Assembly (NCBI GenBank): GCA_040954595.2
Contig: CM082592.2
Coordinates: 5,674,209-5,738,208, forward strand
Length of the DNA stretch: 64,000 nt
Source of the DNA: Balanoglossus misakiensis
Lineage: Eukaryota > Animalia > Hemichordata
Direction of reading: 5' to 3'
A program made the position numbers and the translations under genes. Below are positions 37,160-47,200 of this stretch, piece after piece; position 1 is the first letter of the stretch; the number at the start of each line of letters is the position of its first letter. The notes below the pieces were generated by a model, which was not told where the DNA came from, did not search any database, and was given only the letters and a program-made list of their open reading frames with translations.

Positions 37160-38519
37160 ATTACGCATTGTTATTTAAAACGAGCAGTTGGTCCGCGCCA
37201 TTGTGTACAACTTGAATGCACGGCGCGGCGTGACCGTGTTTCAACACATGTATTACTGTCCTAAATCGTTCAGAACACAGCAGTTATTGAGCATGTATAC
37301 ATATGAACATCATGGCAGCTCATGACCGATGTGCAAGCGAGGGTCGCGTCGCTCCGTCTCGAAGAGGTCGTCACGCCCACCTATTCAAGCTACGTCGCGA
37401 ACCGTCAGTCTTGCGAGCCAGTGGTATTCCTCGAAATTGACAGTGTTCAGGGTCACCTGTGGCTACCTCCAGGACTGAAAAATGTTGCTGGGCCCGCCTT
37501 CAACCACGGCCACTCCGTATCCGTGATTCAACGTTCAGGTAAGGTTGTTTATTATGCCGTGTTCAATGTTTACAGCAAGAATCACATGTTGGCTCACCAT
37601 GTCACCGCGCGCGCCACCTATCGGTGAACATACAATAATCGTTCACTTTGTTTGAGTTTTGTTGTGCAACCAAGAACAACGGCGAACTTTGTATTCGCCA
37701 GACCAGCAACGATTTTTGAGTAAAATCCAATACACAGCCCGAAGAAACGAAATAAAAACTGCGCTGAGAAAGATTCAGGATGGTGGATTGTATCACATTT
37801 TCACTGCGGAAACTCAAAAAGTGAAATTTCAAAGTTAATTGGCAATCTAAGGTGCACTATTTGCATAAAACCATTGAATAAACCTCTAATACTTACTCGT
37901 TCAAATTTGCGTAAAAACAGTCGTACGTCAGTGCATTGGTTAAAACGCATTTTATATTTGTCAGCAAAGAAAAAACTCAGTGGCCATATGTGGGACTAGA
38001 GGTCTTCTAGCTCTCCCACATCCCATATTTACCTTATGCTCTGTTATGGGAGACCCACCTACTAAAACTGAAAGATAAATTCTATACATAAAAAGTTCCA
38101 TGTCTTGCATATTTTCTCAGTTAAAATTATCTATATACATTGCACTATGTACTGAATTGTATTATATTTTATCAAATCACAATGTCTGTTACTAAATTTA
38201 GATATTTGGAACGAGATCAATGATGGTAGTCAAACATGGGTCTCTGGTAGTTCCGTTTAACGCATTACGAGCATTGTCTGTGCGATGTCTGAATGAAAAC
38301 AGAAAGAGGCAGCGAAAATGTACCATTTCCGTCGTTTGACAAAGGTGACCTCCGTCTCGAAACAATGATCTAATGTCGGGTTTAAAACCATGTAGGCCAA
38401 CGTTTACCAGCCTGTGAGGGTCGTACAAGCATGCGCAGACAGCTGAGGGCGACACACTCACTTGCCGAACTTTGGCCGATAGTGACACCCAACCAACCTT
38501 ACCAACACCCCAGGCCAAA

Positions 38520-40751
38520 TTAAGCTCTTTTCTTGCGAGAAAGATAAATGGCATCGATAAACGAGTGAATGGATTGGAAATAAAAGCACACTACAAGGGG
38601 AAGCGTGATGAGATTTATTGCAAACCATGCATTTTTACTGTACGGCATTTCTTCAGCGTACAGCACATAGACTGACAGATAGAAACTGAGAAAGCCGTGT
38701 AAAAGACACAGCGCGACATTGGTGACCAGCAGCGCAGTCAGTGCGGTTTGGGCTGAACTCGGGGCTGGCTTTTTGCGTCCCATGCTCGAGATGAGAAGAG
38801 CTGTCTGGCAAAACGTTTGCACGTCGGCGAGGAGAGCTTCTGCAAATAGCAGAGCAGCGGAGCAACTGTTAGCAGCAAAGAGCGCCATCGCCGACGAAGC
38901 GCTGAAAGAATGATACAGAAAGACAGCGAAAGCCGAGACGAGCAAGAAGGCATACTTTGAGCGCAGGCGTGGGACAGAAACCAAACGAGCTGGATCTAGC
39001 TCGTGGAAAACAGCCAAACAATTGAAGATGATGATCGTGAATATGGCGTACTTGCAGCCGTAGTAGGTGTACAACATGTATTTGGATGGTTCTAATTGGA
39101 ACGGATCTGAGGTACTGTTCCCATCGGGGGATTGGTTGATGACCACGGCGATGGGGAGGCCGACTGTAGCAACGCTTGTTAGACATGCGAAGGAAAGCGA
39201 TGCTATTCTGACGACACTACATATATTGCCGTCATTCACATTAGGCCTAACTGTGTTTGGGGTTAGGTCTTCAATATCTTCATATTCGTTTGAACTTTCA
39301 TCTATGTGGTCATAGGCAAGCTGGCGAGGCGGTGACACATTTTGATACGTCCCTCCCTGTTGGCCAATCGCCGAAGGCGCCATTATCTCATACCCGTCGT
39401 CCTGTCTTTCATCCATACCAGCTGCAGGGTGCATGACTTCATAGATGTGGTCCGACTGAACAGGGCTGGTGTATGGTTGCTGCGGTTCTCTATGCAGCAG
39501 ACCTTCCTCCCGCTCTTTCGGTTTGCGCTGCACGTGGGTGTAGATGGGGTTGTCGCGTTCTCCTTCATCGGTTCCCAACAGCGGTTGCCTTTCATAGGCA
39601 AGCTGGCGAAGGGGTGACACATTTTGATTCGTCGCTCCCTGTTGCCCAATCGCCGAAGGCGCCATTAGGCTTACCGGTATCTCATACCCGTCGTCGTCTT
39701 GTCTTTCATCCATACCAGCTACAGGGTTCATGACTTCATAGGTGTGGTCCGACTGAACAAAGCTGTAAGGTTGCTGCGGTTCTCCATTCAGCTGACAAGC
39801 GTATCCGGATCCTTCCTCCCGCTCTTTCGGTTTGCGCTGCACGTGGGTGTAAACGAGGTTGCCGCGTTCTCCGTTACCGGCTCCCAACAGCGGTTGCCGC
39901 TCACTGCAGCTGTCGACGTCGACTCTCACATTGTCTCCGTGATTGGTGCTACCCCTGAGCTGCTCCGGGATGCGCATGCGCTCCCGATTGCGATTGGCCG
40001 CCGACGCCCAAATGCCATAGATGATAAAAACGACCAGGATTTCGAATTGTACCGCAAACTGTATCAGGAAGATCCCGGCAATACTGGGGAAGTGACTCTC
40101 GGAGAAATCGGACTCGGTTGGTGCTTCCGTGGGGCCATCTGTGGCCGATGTAAAGGCTTGATATTTGTCGACAAGTGTGGTCTGCAAGTAAAGCAAACTG
40201 CAGGATGCAAGACACACTACCATGTAGCGCAAACGCAGGCTGTTCCGGAACACACGTCCTCTGCAGCGCCATATGAACGTAACCATTAGCAAAGTGAAAA
40301 CGATGTGTAGAGAATACACGGTTATTAGAGCCCAACTTTGGGCGTCGAGACTAGCTTTGGAGGAATGGTGCCATACTTGAAATGCATCGAAGGTTACACT
40401 CCCCGCGCCGAACAATAGACCGCACGACGGAATCAGCCATCCTCGGACCGGGCTCTGAGGAGATTGCCCGTCTTCGAGAACCCACCCTTCCCTTCTGCAG
40501 ACGAAAGCAACCAGAGTCGCGAGCGACAAGAGCTCCAACGCAATGACCGCGACGGGCAGAGCGATTCCGGCGATCCCTCCGTGACGCGAAGTCTGGGCGA
40601 GGCTCGAGGCCGTTCCAAAACTTGCCAACACCAGCAACACCAACAAAGCAGAATGGCGTCCGTCCGGCGTCGCAGTTCCGTCATCCCCTTCGGAGCGCGA
40701 CCCAACAACCAGAGGTCGAACGAGAAGATAAACCATGATCTGTGTGGACAT
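38520..40751 (-). CDS. Otopetrin-like (OTOP family) multi-pass membrane protein, 743 aa, single coding exon, with a tyrosine-motif-rich insertion
   Basis: About 12 hydrophobic helices in two halves. Segments WLIPSCGLLFGAGSVTFDAF, LHIVFTLLMVTFIW, FLLVSAFAVFLYHSFS, LLADVQTFCQTALLI, LLVTNVALCL and EMPYSKNAWFAINLITLPLVVCFY parallel the otopetrin TM3/4, TM9-12 motifs (e.g. QxxxQ, CNxxLW, E..Y...W......LP..IFYRxH). Confidence 0.8.
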   Translation of the reverse strand: MSTQIMVYLLVRPLVVGSRSEGDDGTATPDGRHSALLVLLVLASFGTASSLAQTSRHGGIAGIALPVAVIALELLSLATLVAFVCRREGWVLEDGQSPQSPVRGWLIPSCGLLFGAGSVTFDAFQVWHHSSKASLDAQSWALITVYSLHIVFTLLMVTFIWRCRGRVFRNSLRLRYMVVCLASCSLLYLQTTLVDKYQAFTSATDGPTEAPTESDFSESHFPSIAGIFLIQFAVQFEILVVFIIYGIWASAANRNRERMRIPEQLRGSTNHGDNVRVDVDSCSERQPLLGAGNGERGNLVYTHVQRKPKEREEGSGYACQLNGEPQQPYSFVQSDHTYEVMNPVAGMDERQDDDGYEIPVSLMAPSAIGQQGATNQNVSPLRQLAYERQPLLGTDEGERDNPIYTHVQRKPKEREEGLLHREPQQPYTSPVQSDHIYEVMHPAAGMDERQDDGYEIMAPSAIGQQGGTYQNVSPPRQLAYDHIDESSNEYEDIEDLTPNTVRPNVNDGNICSVVRIASLSFACLTSVATVGLPIAVVINQSPDGNSTSDPFQLEPSKYMLYTYYGCKYAIFTIIIFNCLAVFHELDPARLVSVPRLRSKYAFLLVSAFAVFLYHSFSASSAMALFAANSCSAALLFAEALLADVQTFCQTALLISSMGRKKPAPSSAQTALTALLVTNVALCLLHGFLSFYLSVYVLYAEEMPYSKNAWFAINLITLPLVVCFYFQSIHSFIDAIYLSRKKRA
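39311..39902 (-). repeat. In-frame tandem duplication (~282 bp and ~310 bp units) inside the otopetrin-like ORF
   Basis: Units 39311-39592 and 39593-39902 both begin cataggcaagctggcga on the + strand. Protein repeat ERQPLLG..YTHVQRKPKEREEG..YEVM..GYEI..QNVSP.RQLAY. Confidence 0.95.
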
Positions 40752-41047
40752 GAATTAACCAGAAGATGAAATATTACGGAAGTTTCGTCATACAGTCATT
40801 AAGTAATATGTAACCGATCCACTATTGGACTAGTCTTAACTTGTAGTGCGGTGTATCTTCGGTTTCCAGTATTTATTCTGTTCCGTTGTTTAGAAACAGA
40901 ATGCCCACACCTTTGACTAATTATCAGAACCTCCCCATCATTTTACCAGACTGAGTGCTCAACAAGTGGAAACAGGGATACTTCAGCAGGAAGATTAGCA
41001 GCTTTTTTTTCTCATTTACTACATGGAGCTCAAAATGGAGCTCAAAA

Positions 41048-41491
<444 letters not shown>

Positions 41492-41745
41492 ACATAGCAA
41501 ACAAGCCTGTACACGAAACCACTCAGGCAAATTCCCCACAACCGTCGCGTCTATGTAAATAAAAATTCAGCTCGAAACCGCGAGTATGGCGAGATCGTCC
41601 GTATGCGCCACCAAAACTCAGCCATAACGATGCATGGACATATAAAGTGGCGATATTAAGTGGATTTGTGCGAATTAAAAATACATGTACTTCCAATTTC
41701 TGCTAGGTGGATACATACAATTGTATACCTACACTGAGTGCGGCC

Positions 41746-41964
41746 TAGACTAGCCTACTAGTCGCTTGGTGATTTTTAAATCTCAATACTTTATGTGTTT
41801 TCGGTGGTTTTTTGTCTTAATAAATAATTGCAATACTTTTTTGCGTGCATGCTTGCCTTGAGCGTGTTTTTGGTAGTGAGGTGAGTTTTGAATTTGGGAC
41901 TGAGCTTGTGGTATGGGCCTACGCGTTCCCTACACATGAAGCCCATAGACTTGGAGCAAGTCTA
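41746..41964. mobile_element. Candidate 219-bp non-autonomous DNA transposon with short TIRs and 8-9 bp TSD
   Basis: Starts tagactagc, ends gcaagtcta (8/9 inverted match); flanked by agtgcggcc / agtgcggct. Confidence 0.45.
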
Positions 41965-43172
41965 AGTGCGGCTTAGTAGTCACTGGTAACCAGTAGTTGA
42001 ATTCATTTGATCGTTTTCGCCTAAGAGATTAATGACAGCGCGAAAATTCGTTAGGAAGAACAAACCAAACGTTAAAACCTACCTCGGATAAATCGTGCTG
42101 CTATTTCGGCGGGTAGGCTATGGTGAATGTGCCAGTATGTTTTCTCCCAAATCCGATTTTCGGCGGGGACTTCCCCTCGCGCTTGCGCGGTGTAGTGGGG
42201 CAGAACGTGACAGAACACAATAGTATGGATGAGGTAATCTTTTGTGCACAAATTAATTGAACAATAAAGCCGGCCCAGGGTATTTCCGTGACTCGAAAGC
42301 AGGCGACATGCACGGGACTCTTTATTACCTTTGCATCGCCTTTAGACTTCGAAAAACCTAAATTCATACCGATACTAATAAAACTATTGAATTTCCAAGA
42401 ACCTAAATTTTGATATCGCTTGTGTGCTTCTTTTATGTAGGCCAATGTTTTAAAACTGTTATCTGCGAAAACATATATGTTTGATTTATATATTAACTTT
42501 ATTAAGTTAGGTGTTAACACATTGTTGAGTCGCAGGTAAACACCTTCGCTAAAAATACTTTATACACTCGACTTAAAAAGGTAACTTGGTGGAGAATCCG
42601 AGATCTGTGTGATATACTCTAGAGGTTCTACTGTGTGTCCAGGCAATATAAGGAATGTGCGTGGTTAATTTAGAAACAACTTATTTTCCAAAAGAACACA
42701 TATGTATTTAACAATGACGCTCACATCAATGACTCTTAGGCGATGAAATGAGGGGGGGGGGGGTTACTGACAGTCGTCATGAAAACGATTTTCAGAAAGT
42801 GCCAATAAGGTCGCCTGTTTATGCGGAGAAAGTTGTTTCAATCACGCAATCAAACACATCCCCAGTTGTTGCTATTTTAATACTATCGGGTCGAAGCATG
42901 CAGCTGGCGAACGCTTTGAAAAAAAAAGCCACTCAACACTGAACAGTATACAGTATAATATATAGCGTTTCGACTTCACATGATTATGCCCATGCGTCAC
43001 TATTCTGAACTGAGCATGCTCACTACGCAGCTGATTATACCTGCGCTGTGAAAGCGAAAGTGGCGCTCAGTTGTTCTCGCCATGACCGTTCTCGCCCGGG
43101 GGCTAGCTGTCCCATCCACTGAACAGGTCGCCTTTTGCTAGCGTGCTCGTGCGACAGTATGCTGGCGCTACC

Positions 43173-44254
43173 ATGGGTGGTTTTTGGCTCGTACCCGTGA
43201 TCGGCGTCTGTCTCTGGGCCGCTCAGACGCATTCGCAGGGTGAGTACGCGCGCACGTCGCGTTATGCCAGTTTGGAATTGAAAATCCGACGAACGTCATT
43301 TTCACTTACTTTAATTGGCATCAGCCTTTTCGTTTGGTGTTCAACGCTGCCAGTACGCAATAGCCCGTTGATGCAAACCTATACCACTGTCACGTTTTGC
43401 GCATGCCCGATGAGGTGTGTTTCAACCGAATCTCTACATCAGTAGCTTATAGGCAAAATACCTCTTCATTACGAAAGGCAAATACGATTGCCAATCGTAG
43501 TAATTTTATTTTGTATCAGGGCATTTCAATCAGACAGAGAAACTGCAGAAGGCAATTTTAATGGCCGAGAAAAGCACAGCGTGTTCGGGCGACATCGCTT
43601 AAGTGCGGATGTTCTGCTGGGTTTTTTGAATGGTTTCGCATTAAAAATTAATAATACATGCAGCTGTGTGTCAAATTGTATTATTTATTCTTGTACGCTG
43701 CCTACTGTGGCTTGTCACACGTACAAATCTAACCGTGTGCAGAAATGTAGACAGAGAATACGATCCGTGTATACGGACTGCCATATGAGTGCTTCAGGCA
43801 GCATTAAGATTTCAGCGCAAGAATTCTATTAAATAAAACATTTTTTTGTTTGAAATTTTAGGATGTAATTACAATCCCTGTCAGAACGGAGGAACCTGTA
43901 TACAGGCCACCAACAGCTTCGGCTACATCTGTCAGTGTTTTGCGATCTATCACGGACAGGATTGCGAGGCTGTCATCGCAGGTAAGATGTATATGTTGGG
44001 TTATTATCCGCGTAAACCTATGACTGAAATGCCATACAATAAACTAATCATGTCTGTTGCGTTGGTAAACATGGCGTACTTATTGTTCTCCAATACATTA
44101 ATCAAATACAATAGCATCTCATGATATTTGTCATTTTACAAAAAAAAATGTGTTACCTCCGACACATACCATACGGTTGTCGTGTATTGTTTTTCTACAG
44201 AGTGAGATACAAAGAGTGGTGCTACAGGACCGACTGTAATCCATGTAGCACCTG

Positions 44255-44286
<32 letters not shown>

Positions 44287-47200
44287 TGTCTGTCTGTCTA
44301 TCCGTCACCTGTCTGTGTGGGTGTGCGCGCGCGTGTGTGTTACAGCTATTTTGACCTACCTGTTCTAGGGAATTGTTTTCTATGCTAATACAGGGTGTGC
44401 AAATAGTTGTGTACGCATCCCTATGATTATGACATGACTGCGAAAGTTTTCCTGTGCCTTAGTTAATGTTACAAAAACCATGGCAACGTCACGTTTGCCG
44501 AGTCACTGTTGAAGCTATCGACTCCTCTTTCCACCGCAGATCGCTCACCATGCGGCATGAACTACCACCTACCATCCGGGGCCTTATCGTCACCGAACTA
44601 CCCTAATCACTACGGCAACCGAATGAAATGCTACTACTTCATCAAAGTGCGAAACCTGGACGGCCAGCCGGAAATTTACCTGTCGTTCTCTGCGTTCCAA
44701 TTGGAGGACAGGAAAGACTACCTGTTCATCGGCGTGGGACCCCGAGCCGACATCGACCAAGTCAGTGCGCATGCTCTCACTGGCTACGTCATCCCTTCGC
44801 CGATAACGCTTTTCAGCGACCAGATTTGGCTCGTCTTCGTCGCCGACGGCAGTACCAGTGCCAATGGATGGCAGATTACCTATGTATCAGGTATCTATTT
44901 TCCCGCCATTGTTTCAACACTATCATCGTGAAGAAACTGTTGAATCAAGAGGCTTGTGCTTGGGTGTTTCAAAGAAAACTGTGCTGTTATTCCAGCGTGG
45001 TCTTTGCAGTACTGTACATATGGTTATGCACCTATATACTTATACGAAGTGAATGAGTGTATATAATAGCCCAATCTTGTAATTATGACGCTTGCACTCG
45101 TATCTCCACAGGCAACCTGTGTGCAAGCAATCCGTGCATGAATGACGCCATCTGCAACAACAACTATGTTTACTACTCGTGTAGCTGCACGCCCGGTTGG
45201 ACGGGAGACAGGTGTGAAACAGGTATGATAATGATGCATGCAGGACAATTGTTGTCAAAAAAGCATATGCAGCCGACGTTAAATTCTTCCATCCATCCTG
45301 ACGTCAGTCTGTCTGTCTGTCTGTCTGTCTGTCAGTTGGTTGGTTGATCGGTCGGTCAGAGCAGTCACACACTCTCTTTTTGAATGGGGGCGCTTGTCAT
45401 CTTGCGCATTTCCCATAATACCCCGTATGTATGAACGATTCAAAATAGCGTAATATCATTAGACCCAGGATAAACCCCCCATAGGGCTTGTTCTTGTGTG
45501 TATATATATAGTTTTAGCTTCTGTACAATTTCCTGAATTTATGAACGACAGGAAGTGCAGCCTTCGCCGTGTAGTCCTCGCAATATAAATTCATTGCTCT
45601 GTCACTTCCAGCAGTAGAAGCCTGCCTTAGCAACCCTTGCCTAAACGGGGCCACCTGTCATAATGTCGGTGTTAACTATGTTTGCGAGTGCTCTGAAGGT
45701 TGGAGTGGTCGAAATTGTCAAACTGGTAAAGTAGTTAGTTATTTTGTTAGCTTTACGTCGACCATCTTTGGTGAGTGGCGGGGCAGTGGTATAAAATACT
45801 ATAGCCATAATGTGTGCTGACAATAAATGAAATTAATAGAGGCTACTCGCTTGTTAGATGTCGTATTTTGGGTTACAAAACGATAACAGTGTTGGTAGTG
45901 ACACCATATTTTCATATTTCTGGTAATTGTTCTCAAAAAAAGTGACTAACTGTTTATTCGCGTTTAATTCACCGTTTTGCTGAAAGCGCTAACCCCGGAA
46001 CCATGCGAGAGCAGTCCTTGCCAAAACGGCGGGGCGTGTGTTCAGGATCACGAAAAATACCTTTGTCGCTGCTCGAATGAATGGACGGGCGTCCACTGTG
46101 AGCTTCCTGGTATGTTGTGTGTGGAAACGGTTGCCGTGAAATGTTTTCTGCAGTCGTTGCCGGTTTTGTTATACCATCCTTTCTGGACACAGCGTTTCCG
46201 CTAATCGCAACGTATACAACTGACCTTTCCTGCACTTTCCAATATGGTGGCAAGCTAAATGCTATAGGTCCGTATTATAAGTCCTCGTGTATTTTTTGTG
46301 GGGAGACATATGTTTGGTTCGCCGCATGTGATTAATAGTTTAATACATTAGTTTTCTGCACTTTTATTGACGCGTTTTCTTCCGAATGGATAGATTTGTG
46401 GTCGGCGCTGATATTAATCGACACATCTGTACTTTCATGACATTTGACCCTTTCTCAAGTGAAATGTGCTTTTTCTGCTCTCAACTTTGTTCAGGTTTTC
46501 TGCTTCGATAGTTGCGATGCTTAGCGTTCATGTCGTTCATTGTGTCTGGTTGTCTTCTCAGGTGTGACAAAGACCCACATCCCACTGTGAACAATTTGCT
46601 CTGCTCATTTCTTGATACACGTAATTTGCTTTGGGTGCTGGTTTGCGGGTTGCGTTTGACAGATGTTTTCTTCGAAAATTAAATTGAAAGAATACAAGGC
46701 GTTACGTCATCATGTGCATTCATTCCCTTCTTTGTTTTCTTTCTCTCGCTTTGTTTTCATCGAAGCCGTCAATCCGTGTTGGTCTCTTCCATGCTTCAAC
46801 GGCGGCACCTGTGATTGGCTGACCGACACCAATGCGTACAGTTGCACCTGCCCGGCCACGTGGACTGGAAACAACTGCGAGATGGGTAAGTCATTTGTTA
46901 TGAAAATGCAAGTATCTTTACACGTCATCCCATGCAGAACAAGCATGTCGAGATTTACGATAGGAGTTTCATGCTTTCTGTATATTCCCCTGTACGTGCT
47001 CGAAGAATGAAGGTGGGGTTTGTCAGTACATTTATTTTTATGACCATGTCTTGGTGGGTCGCGTGAAGTGAGCTTGCTACTGAGAGATGTTTTCTCTTGA
47101 TCGTAGCAGATACGGCGGATTAGCCTTGCTCCAACTAATCCTCGAGGGACTATAAATTTCACTAAAACTGTCTCTTTACACTTTTCCTACTCGCGTGCGC

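Noticed and set aside
39311-39902. CRISPR-like or non-coding repeat interpretation
   Set aside because: Only two long in-frame units within a eukaryotic ORF; no spacers.
39699-40769. Plus-strand ORFs overlapping the otopetrin-like gene
   Set aside because: Antisense shadows of a GC-rich coding strand.
42071-42518. Possible element with weak terminal inverted repeat (gttaaaacctacct / agttaggtgttaac)
   Set aside because: Short imperfect match, no clear TSD or internal symmetry.
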